A stretch of 64,000 bases of DNA from Blastocatellia bacterium (GTDB taxonomy: Bacteria > Acidobacteriota > Blastocatellia > UBA7656): contig CAVXWP010000009.1 in NCBI GenBank assembly GCA_963765495.1, forward strand, positions 809,240 through 873,239, given 5' to 3'. How positions within the stretch are numbered: position 1 is the stretch's first letter; each line of letters opens with the position of its first letter. This document shows, one piece after another, positions 9,387 to 20,485 of this stretch. The notes under the pieces are model-generated. The model searched no databases, was not told where the DNA came from, and worked only from the letters and a program-made list of their open reading frames with translations. Position numbers and translations under genes: made by a program.

Positions 9387-10436
9387 TCACTTCTTTGTCG
9401 CAGCCGCTTTCTCTCTCAGTTTTTCTACAATCTTTTTGAACTGTTCGATCTGGGCTTGAACTTTCTGGTCGCCGTTTTTCGGGAGGGTTTTAATATAAGC
9501 CTCAAGCGCGTCGGCCGATTCGCTATATTGCTGATTCAGATTATACAGCTTGGCAAGTTCGAAATAGGAATCGGGCACCTGGCTGCCCGCCGCATCGGCG
9601 ACCTTCTTCAGTCTCTGAATCGCCTCTTCCCGTGTTGTCTTGTCTTCGGCCAGCGTCATCCCGAGCCGCATGTTGGCGTTTATCGAATCGGGGTTTAGTT
9701 CAAGCGCCTTTCTGAGCGCGCCTATGCCCTCCTCTCGTTGTTTCAATTCAAGCAGGGTGACGCCGAGCGAGTAAAAGGCCCTGTAGGCATCTTTATTTAT
9801 CTCAACTGCGTGAGCCAAAAGCGGGCGCGCAGCCTCATATTCTTGTCGTTTGAGATACTCTGTGCCGAGCATTTCAAGAGCGTAAAAGTAATCCGGGAAA
9901 AGCTCTATGGCCTTCTTCAGCGAGGCCGCCGCCGAATCGAAATCATTCTTATCGAGGCTCTTCATACCTTTCATAAACTCTTCCCTGGCAGGGTCCGGGA
10001 TTTCCTGATGAAAGGTTGTGGCGTCTGCGCCCGTTGGACCTTTGGCGGCGTTCGTGGTTTTTGGCTGGAATCTGAACTCGACCCTGAATATCTCACCGCC
10101 GCCCGTGGTGCTCATGCCGATAGGGTTGACTTCGACCCTTTCGGTCTGCTGATCGTATTCGCCTCCGATTGGTTCTACCCTGACGTAAAACGTTCCGCGC
10201 GGCACGCCCTGCAATCGGAAGCGCCCGGCTCCGTCCGTGTAGGCCAGCCTGAGTTGGCCGTAGCCGTCATCCAAAAGAAAGACGCGGGCATTTTCAAGAC
10301 CCTGATTGTTACCGACCGTCACCCGACCTTCGATAGTGTTAGACGAAGGCCGAATACTTGTATCCTGAAGGATTGGATTGATCGTTCCGCCAAAACCGAC
10401 AAAGACCGATAAGCTGAAGAGAAAGACTAGAAACAC
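9387..10436 (-). CDS. Secreted protein: carboxypeptidase-regulatory-like domain + TPR repeats (paralog 2 of 3)
   Basis: Same architecture and conserved blocks (FPDYYDALE, INANMRLGM, YLYLAKLY) as 8166-9185. Confidence 0.75.
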   Translation of the reverse strand: MFLVFLFSLSVFVGFGGTINPILQDTSIRPSSNTIEGRVTVGNNQGLENARVFLLDDGYGQLRLAYTDGAGRFRLQGVPRGTFYVRVEPIGGEYDQQTERVEVNPIGMSTTGGGEIFRVEFRFQPKTTNAAKGPTGADATTFHQEIPDPAREEFMKGMKSLDKNDFDSAAASLKKAIELFPDYFYALEMLGTEYLKRQEYEAARPLLAHAVEINKDAYRAFYSLGVTLLELKQREEGIGALRKALELNPDSINANMRLGMTLAEDKTTREEAIQRLKKVADAAGSQVPDSYFELAKLYNLNQQYSESADALEAYIKTLPKNGDQKVQAQIEQFKKIVEKLREKAAATKK

Positions 10437-10676
10437 GGTGAAATCCTCCTAAAGAAATGTATTTGCGGATGCGAAGAAACTGCTAAACGGCGCGCCTATT
10501 CTAGCAGATATGTCGATACCAATCTATCAGGGTCAGGGCAAAATCAGCGCCGTCGAGCCATCTGCGGCAAATCTCGCTCCACGAAGGGAGAAGGACTTCA
10601 AGTCGCAAGGGATTTGTCATTTTCATTGAGCCTGGCTCAAAGCCGCCACCTACTGGCGGCAATAGATAAAAGATCA

Positions 10677-10712
10677 TCCAAAATTTTGAATGAAATTCCA
10701 AAATTTTGGAAA
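10677..10712. promoter_or_regulatory. Palindromes TCCAAAATTTTGAA / TTCCAAAATTTTGGAA upstream of the second (pseudogenised) TonB-dependent receptor
   Basis: 16-bp perfect palindrome; same half-site as the sites at 4223-4420. Confidence 0.45.
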
Positions 10713-10968
10713 GCCTACGAACTTTACAAACGAATGGAAAGAGGCTGAAAAGAGCTAAGTAAAAGATATTACTATCTTAACCTGAAACGCTGAATCTTGG
10801 GTATCAAAGTTGCCAGGAAGGGCGGCTACGGGGAATTCCTATAATATTGCGAATGAACAAAACCGAGGCTCCGAACTTCGCAGTAGGATAGGAAAGCTAC
10901 TTCCCAATCTTAGCTAGAGATCAAAGACCTAAAATTTAGGATATCTGTATTTAGAAGGAGGAGAATCT

Positions 10969-13900
10969 GTGAAAAGAGTTTCATCACTAAGAGGTTATTA
11001 CCGTAAGGTGAGCAGCTTCTTTTTGCTCTTGGCTCTCTTGATCGGCCCCGGCTCTGCATTCACAGTGCTGGCGTCGCAGGAGGTAAGCGGCAATATCGAA
11101 GGTACATTGAAAGACTCAAGTGGAGCGGTCATCCCCAATGCAGCCGTCTCTGCAACGAGCCCGCAGCGCACCTATAACGCAACCACCAATGACGAGGGCT
11201 ATTACAGGTTTAACAACCTGCTGCCGGGCGTCTATACGGTCACGGCCAGCGGTACCGGCTTTGGCACGGTCAAGCGAGATGAAGTAACGGTCGAGCTTGG
11301 GCGCACGCTGCAAGTAAACTTTGAATTGAAGCCTGTTGCTTCGGGTGAGTCGGTCACTGTAACCGCGTCAGACGAGCCAATCGTTGACATTACCTCGAGC
11401 AAAACGGCCACCAACATCAGCAAAGAGAAGATTGACATCCTGCCGAAAGCCAGCCTCAACTTCTCATCCGTGATTGATGTCGCTCCCGGCGCTCGCAACG
11501 AGCCTCGTTCGGGGCAGTTCCAGATTGACGGCGCGTCAGGCTCCGAGAACGTCTTTGTTATCGACGGCGTCGAAGTCACTCGCGTCATCGGTGGTACGCT
11601 TGGCTCGACCAAGAACATACCCGTTGATTTCGTTCAGGAAGTTCAGATCAAGAGCGCCGGTTATGAAGCGGAATTCGGCGGCGCGACAGGCGGCGTTATC
11701 AACGTCGTGACAAAAGGCGGAACCAACGAGTTCCACGGCGAGGGTCGTCTTGGAGTACAGCTCCGACACCTTCCGCGCCGAAGACAACCCGACTCTGAGG
11801 ATCGTTCCGTCCGACCCGACGGCGCAGACCTTTGAGTATTTCAATAATCCGAGCGGCAAGGATGATACACGGTTCCTGAATCCGACCTTCCTGCTCAACG
11901 GACCGATCATCAAGGACAAGCTCTGGTTTTCAATCGGAGCCGCGCCCGAATACACCAAGACGACCCGACTGGTTCGCCAACTCACTCCCGTCATCTCGGG
12001 TGATCCCACAAGAACTCTGATCAATTCACGCCCGATTACCCAGAGAGTGCGCAACGATTACAACATCGTTCGTCTTGACTGCCTCGCCGTCGAGCAAGCT
12101 GTCGGTTTACGGCAACTTCATTCACACTCCTTTGAAGACCGAAGGGATCTTGAACTTCGGCTCTTTCACTTCCGGGTTCGATACAACAAGCGCTACTACG
12201 CTTACCGAATCCGCGTTATGATTTCCAGGGCGGTTACACCCCTGCATGGCAGGCTTCTTTTGGCGCGAACTATAGCGTCACCCCGCACCTGATCGTCGCT
12301 TTCCGAGGCGGCCACACATACTTTAATGACAAGGGCGGCAGCTATGACATCCCGGTCAATACGCCGAACCTGATCATCAGCGTTCCGTGCACTTCGACCA
12401 GCAACAATGCCGGCCCGTCCAACTGCACGCCGTTTACGACCTGCAACCGGTGCGAGCATCGTCACAAACCAGACGACCTCGTTCGACATCACTCGTCGTA
12501 CGAACCTCAACTTTGACGCCACCTACATCGGTCGCTTGCTCAATCAGCAGCACACGATCAAGGGCGGCTACCAGACAAACAGGATCAGCAATGATGTTTT
12601 GTTCGGTTTTTCAGGTGGCAGATTCCAGTTCGTCTTCGGACGAGCCAGACCCAGCGGACCGAGGTACCTACGGATATTACGTTGCTGACGAGTTTGCGCG
12701 TTCAGGGTAAGGTCAGCAGCAGCAACCAGGGCTTCTTTATTCAGGACTCCTGGCAGGTTCATCCGCGTCTAACTCTGAACCTCGGTCTGCGCGTCGAGAG
12801 TGAATTCCTTCCTTCGTTCCCGATTGACCGCGCCGGTCACCCGGATATTCCCGAAGGTCATCGAAGCCTCAACCAAGCCGATTGATTTCGGATGGGGCGA
12901 CAAGATTGCTCCGCGTATCGGCGGCGCGCTTGACGTTTTCGGCGATGGCCGATTGAAGATTTCCGGCAGCTACTCGGTATTCTTTGACACGATGAAGTAC
13001 AACCTGCCGCGCGGTTCGTTCGGCGGCGAAATCTTCCTCCGCACTTTCCGCGAACTGAATACGGCTGATGTCTCGGGAATCAGTCTCACGAATCAGCCCG
13101 GCAGAATCATTTCGAAGGTCCGGCAGACCTTCGCTTCCCGGCCAACGTCAATCTGCCCGGCGAGCGTCCCGGCATCGACCCGGACCTCAAACCGTATCGC
13201 GAGCACGAGTTCTCTTTTGCCGGCGATTACACTTTCGGTCGCGACCTCGTTGTCGGCGCGCATTTCACCCGCAAGGTGCTTGATCGCGCAATCGAAGACA
13301 TAGGCGGCGTCGACCCGGTAACGGGAACCGAATTCTTCACAATCGGCAACCCCGGTCGCGGGATTGCCGTGGATGCATTCGATCCTCCGACACCGGATGC
13401 GATTCGTGAATACACCGGATTAGAGCTTCGCGTTGACAAACGCTTCTCGAATCACTACTACTTCAATGGTTCTTACCTGCACAGCAAGCTGTATGGTAAC
13501 TACTCCGGTCTTGCAAGCTCGGACGAAAATGGTCGTACGGACCCGAACGTCAACCGCTACTTCGATCTGCCGTTCCTGAACTTCAACACGGATGGCTCGG
13601 TGCAAAAGGGTCGCCTGGCGACAGACCGCCCGAACACCTTCAAGTTCTTTGGTGGCTACCGTGGAGATTTCAACCTGTTCGGTAAAGGCATGAGCTTTGA
13701 CGTAGGCATTGGCGAGCGCATTTATCAGGGTATCCCGCTCTCGACAGAAGTTCCGACATGGTTGAAGCCGGAAGCGGCGCGGCGGCATTTCTTGCCGGAC
13801 GTGGCGATGTCGGTCGGACCCCCTGGTTTACGCAGACCGACGTGCTCTATACCCACTATATAAACGTGAGCGAAAATGTGAAGCTTCTGTTCCGCATCAA

Positions 13901-14123
13901 CGTGAACAACCTGTGGGATGAGCGCAATGCGACGGATCAGTTCCGCACCCTGCTCGGACCCGGCCAATCGCTGTTCTACCCGGATCTTGCGACCTTTACA
14001 TCGGGTCAGGATTTCCGGCAGCGGATTGCCGACCAGCATCTGGTCACAGACCCGCGCTTCCTCCAGCCGAACGTCTTCCAGACACCGCGTGAGGCGAGGA
14101 TCGCTTTCGGAGTCAAGTTCTAG
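10969..14123 (+). pseudogene. TonB-dependent receptor paralog disrupted by at least 6 frameshifts (fragments 10969-11835, 11750-12292, 12407-12688, 12682-12885, 12800-13303, 13276-13863, 13758-14123)
   Basis: Successive ORF fragments in different frames each align to consecutive parts of the intact receptor at 4721-7834 (for example NVFVIDGVEVTR, TDRPNTFK and the FGVKF C-terminus); same GTG/RBS start context. Confidence 0.8.
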
Positions 14124-14155
14124 TACTGAATCTCAGCACAAGAACTCTTCTTGTC

Positions 14156-14187
14156 GGCCCGTCCTCGAAAGGGGACGGGCTTTTTTG
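14156..14187 (+). terminator. Rho-independent terminator (GGCCCGTCC-tcgaaagg-GGACGGGC + TTTTTT)
   Basis: GC stem plus T-run directly after the receptor pseudogene. Confidence 0.75.
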
Positions 14188-14284
14188 GGTCTGTAGTAGA
14201 CCTCAATCAAGTAGACAGGGGATTTCAGGCGAGGCTTTCACTGTCTGAAGGTGTTTATGCTGAAGAATTACTGTGTGGAAAGGT

Positions 14285-15346
14285 TTATGATCTGGCCTTC
14301 TGTCTCATTTGATCGAGGACTTTTTTATACCGTTCGCGTAACTGCGTTTCGGCTTCGGGATTGAGCTTGATATAGGTTTCCAAGGCGCTGACCGCTTCCT
14401 TATATCGTTCCTTCTCGGCATAAAGCTTTGCCAGATAGAGATAAGCGTCTGGAACCTGCTTTCCGGCCAATGCTGCCACTTTCTCGAAAGATTTTAGGGC
14501 TTCTGCATAGGTCTCCTTGTTATTGACTAAAATCATCCCCAATCGCATATTGGCATTGATCGAATTGGGATTTATTTCAATCGCCCGGCGCAGCGCCTTG
14601 ACCCCCTCATCCGCCTGTTTAAGCTCAACACGCGCAACCCCAAGATAGTAATAGCTGGGCCAGGCATTTTTGTTGATTTCTGTAGCGTGCTCAAGTATCG
14701 GCACTGCCGAGTTGAAATCGTGTCGTCTCACGTATTCTGAACCGAGTTGCTCAAGAGCGTCATAGTAATCCGGGAACAACTCAAGGGCCTGTTTCAGCGA
14801 TTCAATCCCCCTATCGGCATCGTTCTCTTCTATGCTTTTTATGCCGGCGGCATATGCTCTCCTTGCCGCCTCGGGCACTTCCTGATAAAAGACGGCTTCG
14901 CTTGATCTCGCAGTAGCGCCACTCTTTTCATCGCCCGGCAGTCTTCTCGGCTTCAGTATAAAATCCGTGCGGAATATCTCTCCGCCTCTCCCGCCGCTCC
15001 GGCCATTTATGGCCACGGCTTCGATTCGTTGTGATTGTCGCTCGTACATGCCATCGGTCGGGTCTACCAGGATATTGTAAGTGCCTGATGCGACTCCCCT
15101 GAAGGTGAAGCGCCCGGAACCATCCGTATAAACAGTGGCGATTTCAGAGTATGCATCGTTTTGGAGAAAGACGCGCGCGTTGACTATCGGGCGGCGTTCA
15201 GGCGTCATGACCTGCCCGTCAATTGTGTTTCGCGCTTGAGCGATTGCGCCCACGGAAAAGAACTGTCCGCCCGCAAATACCATAGCGATAAACAATGATG
15301 TAATCACGTGCTGTACCTCCCGCAAAGCGATTGATTTGAACGGCAT
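14285..15346 (-). CDS. Secreted protein: carboxypeptidase-regulatory-like domain + TPR repeats (paralog 3 of 3)
   Basis: Same architecture as 8166-9185 and 9387-10436. Confidence 0.75.
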   Translation of the reverse strand: MPFKSIALREVQHVITSLFIAMVFAGGQFFSVGAIAQARNTIDGQVMTPERRPIVNARVFLQNDAYSEIATVYTDGSGRFTFRGVASGTYNILVDPTDGMYERQSQRIEAVAINGRSGGRGGEIFRTDFILKPRRLPGDEKSGATARSSEAVFYQEVPEAARRAYAAGIKSIEENDADRGIESLKQALELFPDYYDALEQLGSEYVRRHDFNSAVPILEHATEINKNAWPSYYYLGVARVELKQADEGVKALRRAIEINPNSINANMRLGMILVNNKETYAEALKSFEKVAALAGKQVPDAYLYLAKLYAEKERYKEAVSALETYIKLNPEAETQLRERYKKVLDQMRQKARS

Positions 15347-15563
15347 CTGATCTGTGCGACGGGCGGCCTGATCCTCAAGACCGGCTTTATCTCGTCATCT
15401 ATGTCGGATTTCAAAGATAAGGCAAGACCTGTTTTTGCCGCGAACTCAGTATTGGAAGAAAGATCATTCTAGCAGAAAAGGAAGCAATCACTCTACACTG
15501 TATTGCGCAAACCGCACGGTCATCACTCTCCTGCTTTTTAATTCGTATCGGCGCGGGTGAAAC

Positions 15564-17519
15564 TCAACCTTGAGAAGATTCTCCCTTGAGCCGGGCGCGC
15601 AGTGTTTCAAGATGCTGGGTCTCTCTTGCCGCGTCCGGCGCGTTCGGTTGTAGTTGCAAGTACCGGCTCAATTGCTCTACGGCTTCCTGCACTCGCCCCC
15701 TATCGGAATAAGCATAGGCCAGAAACTTATAGGTCTCGGCGTATTCGGGCTCTTGCTGCCGCGCGATTTCGAGAAAACGTATGCCGTTTTGCGCGTCGCC
15801 CTCCTTGATATAGGTCGCGCCCATGTGAAAGTTGCTTATGAACAGGTCGGGCTGAATCGCCAGCGCGCGCGCGAAAAAAGCGCGTGCGCGTGCATAGTTC
15901 TTCAATTCGGTATCGAAGGTATAGACGTGTCCGAGCGTATCCCACAGCGCCGGAGATCTATCATTCAGGCTCAGGCCCTTCTCAGCCAACTCGATGGCCC
16001 GGTCGAGATGCGAGCGATCTTTCGTTTGCGTGTACACCTCGATATGCGCCGGGGGCAGATTGGTCAAAACTATATAGTTGCTTGGATCAATCTCCAGACA
16101 TTTTTCAAGTTCTTCAACGGCTTTGTCATATCGTTTCTCTTTTATGTATTTGTGGCCGAGTATGTAGTGAGGCATTAGCTGTTCGTCCGCCACCTCCAGA
16201 CCGTGGGTATAAAGCGCCATATCATCCTTCCATACAGGATTCTGGGCGAGGGATTTCCCGGTCATTAAGAGGCAGATGATTGCTACGATTCCCGCCTGTG
16301 CAACCTTGCGATTGCCGATGGAAAACCATTCTTCAAACGGCACTTTCACAAGCGCCAGAGCTATCAGTAAAGAAAACCCGATTGAAGGCAAATAGACGTA
16401 ACGCTCCTGCACCATGAAGGCTTCGGCGAAGGCGCGAAGATTCAACACAGGCAGCAGGTGGATTGCAAACCACAGCAGGCCGAATCGAGCGATCTGTGAT
16501 CTTCGCAAAGGCCACATCCCGAGCGTGAGTGCGATCAGCCCGACGGCGGGCAAAATGAAACGCGCGCTCAACGCGCTTTGAACCATAGGCGTTTCATGGA
16601 ATAAAGAAAGATCAACAGGCCAGAACAAAAGCCCCAGATACTTGCAGATTACCAGAGGAATTGTCAGCACAACTTCCAGGTTAGTGCCGTGCGTAAATGA
16701 ACCGTCATTGAGCCAGAACCCTAAAGCGTTGCGCCTACAGACGAGGTAGAATGCTATGGGCACTATGAATATCGCCGCATTGATCGCCGACTGTTTTATC
16801 CGCTCCAGAAGAGGCTTTTCCAGATTGATGACGAATATTTCGTAGGCCGCGATGAAGATCGGAAGAGAGATGGCCGACTCTTTTGTGAAGGCCGCCAGCA
16901 GGAAAAAACCAAACGCTCCCGCCAGATATTTCGATCCCCCTTTTTCGCGATAGATCATGTAGAGATAAAATGCCGCCAGCATAAATACAGCGAGCAGAGG
17001 ATCGCTGATGCCGCAAAGCCAGGCTATTGATTCGCTCCGCAAAGGGTGAACTGCGAACAAGACCGCCGCAATCGCCGTCATCTTCAGGTCGCCCGTGATT
17101 CTTTCAAGTATCAGGAATGCCAGATAAACGACCAGCAGATGGACGAGTATATTGGCTACGTGCCAGCCGAACGGGTGGTCTTCAAACATCCACCAGCAGA
17201 CCATCTGGTAAACCGCAAACACCGGGCGGTAATATGCCGAAGTGGGGCCTGTGTCTTTGTTCGGATCCTTGTCCTGAAGCACACGGTAAAACCATAGCTC
17301 TTTTGTGAATACCGTGGGTATATTGGAAAAGTTGCGAACGAGTTTATTTTCAAGGATAAAAGTATTGTCGTCGTAGGCGAATTGATTAAAGACCGAGTTT
17401 GAGAATGCCAGAAACGTGATGCCAAGTATTATCCCTATCACCCATCGCCGTGTAGTATGTGACTCTGAAACGGCGTGCCGACGTTCCTTCTTTGTGCGCA
17501 CGCGACTCTTCTTGCCCAT
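15564..17519 (-). CDS. Polytopic membrane protein with C-terminal TPR repeats (TMTC/PMT-like GT-C glycosyltransferase candidate)
   Basis: 651 aa; N-terminal about 400 aa with many TM helices and an early DD motif (FAYDDNTF), C-terminal TPR repeats. Confidence 0.6.
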   Translation of the reverse strand: MGKKSRVRTKKERRHAVSESHTTRRWVIGIILGITFLAFSNSVFNQFAYDDNTFILENKLVRNFSNIPTVFTKELWFYRVLQDKDPNKDTGPTSAYYRPVFAVYQMVCWWMFEDHPFGWHVANILVHLLVVYLAFLILERITGDLKMTAIAAVLFAVHPLRSESIAWLCGISDPLLAVFMLAAFYLYMIYREKGGSKYLAGAFGFFLLAAFTKESAISLPIFIAAYEIFVINLEKPLLERIKQSAINAAIFIVPIAFYLVCRRNALGFWLNDGSFTHGTNLEVVLTIPLVICKYLGLLFWPVDLSLFHETPMVQSALSARFILPAVGLIALTLGMWPLRRSQIARFGLLWFAIHLLPVLNLRAFAEAFMVQERYVYLPSIGFSLLIALALVKVPFEEWFSIGNRKVAQAGIVAIICLLMTGKSLAQNPVWKDDMALYTHGLEVADEQLMPHYILGHKYIKEKRYDKAVEELEKCLEIDPSNYIVLTNLPPAHIEVYTQTKDRSHLDRAIELAEKGLSLNDRSPALWDTLGHVYTFDTELKNYARARAFFARALAIQPDLFISNFHMGATYIKEGDAQNGIRFLEIARQQEPEYAETYKFLAYAYSDRGRVQEAVEQLSRYLQLQPNAPDAARETQHLETLRARLKGESSQG

Positions 17520-17977
17520 TTGATACCTGTATTTGAAGTGATGTTAATTAATTCCCTAAATTCACTTGCCCTGGTAATTTATTGTGCGGGAAATGTTATC
17601 GCAGCCTATGAGGGGTGTCAAATGGGTGGAATACGTATGCCTCGCGTTTATGGTTGAATGAAATTTCCTCAACGATCTTGCCGGGAGCTGAGCTTTGGAT
17701 GGGACGCTACTTGACGAAACTGCTCCCGGCTAAGTAGAGTAAGGCGCACAGCAGGAATAGGACTGATAGAGCCTGTTTCATAATTCTGAGCGTCCTTTCG
17801 AATGCTAAAACCGAGAGTCGTTATGGACAGTTTTTAGAAACGAATGCATTGCTCCTCATCGGGCAGTGGAATTCCTGATCTGAAAATGCAAGAGTCTGTG
17901 GCAGGGCTCGCCGAGAAAACAGACCCGTTGCATCGGTGAAGTATGATCAATCGGGGTAATCAAGGGGTAGTTCCTTA

Positions 17978-18727
17978 ATGAACATCAATGAGTATGAAGA
18001 GATGTACAGGCTTGAGAATTTTTACTGGTGGTTTGTCGCCCGCCGAAAGTTGCTCAGACAATTAATCACGGAGATTGTCGGCAAACTCGATAAACCCGCT
18101 ATTTTGGATGTAGGTTGTGGGACCGGCATGAATTTTTCGATCCTCTCACAATTTGGAAATACCTTCAGCAGCGACGCATCGGAAGAGGCGCTTAAATTCT
18201 GCAAGTCGCGATCCATGAACGGCCTTGTTTGTTCCCGATCCGAAGCGCTTCCTTTTTCCTCAGAGAGCTTCGATATAATAACCGCGCTCGATGTGCTGGA
18301 GCATATTGATGACGATCTGAAGGCGATGGGAGAGTTGCGGCGCATCATGAAGAGCGAAGGGAGGCTGGTCATTACGGTTCCCGCTCACGGGTTTCTCTGG
18401 AGCGAACACGACGAAGCGCTGCATCACAGACGCCGCTACTCGGCTTCCGAACTCAGAAACAAACTGGTTGCTTCGGGCTTTAAGGTAGAGCAGATGAGCT
18501 ACTACATAACGATTCTCTTTTTCCCGATTCTCGTCATGCGTTTCCTTCAAAGCCTGCGAAAGAATTCAATCTATCCTAAGACATCTCACATCATCTTGCC
18601 GGGCTGGCTAAATTCTTTTCTGATAGGTCTGCTCGATTTCGAACGGATATTGCTCAAGTGGATTCGCCTTCCAATCGGCGTCTCGATAGTCTGCCTCGCA
18701 AGAAAAAGCGACGACCATTCTTCCTGA
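17978..18727 (+). CDS. Class I SAM-dependent methyltransferase
   Basis: LDVGCGTGMN motif I and DIITALDVLEHIDD motif. Confidence 0.8.
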   Translation: MNINEYEEMYRLENFYWWFVARRKLLRQLITEIVGKLDKPAILDVGCGTGMNFSILSQFGNTFSSDASEEALKFCKSRSMNGLVCSRSEALPFSSESFDIITALDVLEHIDDDLKAMGELRRIMKSEGRLVITVPAHGFLWSEHDEALHHRRRYSASELRNKLVASGFKVEQMSYYITILFFPILVMRFLQSLRKNSIYPKTSHIILPGWLNSFLIGLLDFERILLKWIRLPIGVSIVCLARKSDDHSS

Positions 18728-18972
18728 ATCCAACCGAGGACAATTTTGAGCCGCTATTGGCCCCTCCTGCCGCCTTATCGCCCTGCCTTCGACCAGCAAA
18801 AGGCGGGGAGAGAAGCCTCCTGCATTTGATTTGAAAAGCCGCCTTTTTGGGATTAAAGTGGCCTTATATTGCTTACTTGAGCGAAGCGGACTGCTTGTGA
18901 AGGTTCCAGAGCATTGTTTATCAGAGCATTGTTTAAACGGTCTGGCGTGCCGGACCCCACGAAAGGCCAACG

Positions 18973-20469
18973 ATGAATATCTTACTTTTATCAATGCCCG
19001 ACTCATTCGAGCACATGCCGACAGTCGCCATAAGAATGCCCAACGGAGCGCTCGCCTCACTTGCCGGCAACATAGACGCGCATCATAGAGTCGCAATCGC
19101 AGACCTCGTGCTTGCCCAACGAAATGTGCGCGAGACCGTCGAGCGGCTTGTGCGCGAGACCCGACCCGACCTCCTCGGGCTTTCGATCATGTCGTTTCAG
19201 CGCAAGACCGCCAAAAAGATCATAGATTTTGTGCGCTCGATCAGTCCCGGTCTGCGCGTAGTCGTGGGCGGGTATGATCCGAGCCTTGCCGCCGAAGCCT
19301 ATACCGATCAGGGTTCCGGCGAGGTCGATTTTATAGTGCGCGGCGAAGGCGAGATCACCTTTCGCGAGCTTTTGCGCGCTGTGGAAAATGAAAGCGGGTT
19401 TGATCATATTCAGGGTCTCTCATACAGAAGCGGCGACCGCTTTTATCACAACCCGGAACGCGCGGTAAGTTCACTTGAAGGCGCGGAGATTCGCCTGCCC
19501 AACCGCGCATCTCGCGTGCTTCATGGCTACACTATGCTTGGCCGACAGGTCGATGTGATAGAGACCTCGCGTGGCTGCACCTTTGATTGCAGTTTCTGTT
19601 CGATCATCGAGATGCACGGACGTAATTTTCACACCTATTCTTTTGATCGCGTAATCGCCGACATACGCGATGCCTGTGCGCACGGCGCGCGCTCGATCTT
19701 TATCGTGGACGACAACATAACGCTCAACGTGCGGAGGTTCGAAGCCCTTTGCGAGGCGATCATCGAAGCCGGGCTGAATCACATCGATTACATCGTGCAG
19801 GGGATGACTTCGGCAATCGCCAACCACGGCGAAACACTCGCCCCGTTGATGCGAAAAGCAGGATTTCGATATGTCTTTCTCGGCATCGAAAACATACTCG
19901 AAGATGATCTTCAGTTCCTGCGCGCAAGCTCGAAAAACAGCAAACGCGAGCAGGGGCACAGGACGGGCAACGCGACCTTGCAGGCCATAGAGTATCTCCA
20001 CCGGAACAAGATGTATGTCGTCGGCGGGTTGATAGTGGGAAACCCGGACGACACCCGCCAGTCCATCGAAGCCAATCTGAAATTCGCCCGGCGCTATATT
20101 GACTGGCCTTACATCCAGCACCCGACGCCTTATCCCCGCACTCCTATGACGAAAGAGTTTCGAGACCGTGGATTGATAATCAATGAAAACCTTGAAGAGT
20201 ACGACGGGACCACGGCAGTTGTAAAAAGCGAGCACCTGTCGGCCGAAGAGATCGAATTCATGCGGTGGAAAGAGGATCGCTGGATGAAGGTGCGCCACAT
20301 GCCCGTAGCGCTCTTTCACGACCCGGTCTTTGTCTTAAAGAACGCGCCGCAGATGTTTGCGCATACTTTCCGTGGCAGTACGATCAAGACCGTGATCGGG
20401 CTTGAAGACGAGCGCAAGGCATTCGAGCGATACCGCGCCCTCAGAAAAGCCGAGAGAGCCTATATCTGA
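18973..20469 (+). CDS. B12-binding domain radical SAM protein (class B radical SAM methyltransferase-like)
   Basis: N-terminal cobalamin-binding-like region, CTFDCSFCS (Cx3Cx2C) radical SAM motif, about 500 aa. Confidence 0.75.
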   Translation: MNILLLSMPDSFEHMPTVAIRMPNGALASLAGNIDAHHRVAIADLVLAQRNVRETVERLVRETRPDLLGLSIMSFQRKTAKKIIDFVRSISPGLRVVVGGYDPSLAAEAYTDQGSGEVDFIVRGEGEITFRELLRAVENESGFDHIQGLSYRSGDRFYHNPERAVSSLEGAEIRLPNRASRVLHGYTMLGRQVDVIETSRGCTFDCSFCSIIEMHGRNFHTYSFDRVIADIRDACAHGARSIFIVDDNITLNVRRFEALCEAIIEAGLNHIDYIVQGMTSAIANHGETLAPLMRKAGFRYVFLGIENILEDDLQFLRASSKNSKREQGHRTGNATLQAIEYLHRNKMYVVGGLIVGNPDDTRQSIEANLKFARRYIDWPYIQHPTPYPRTPMTKEFRDRGLIINENLEEYDGTTAVVKSEHLSAEEIEFMRWKEDRWMKVRHMPVALFHDPVFVLKNAPQMFAHTFRGSTIKTVIGLEDERKAFERYRALRKAERAYI

Positions 20470-20485
20470 CAGAGATCAAACCGGG

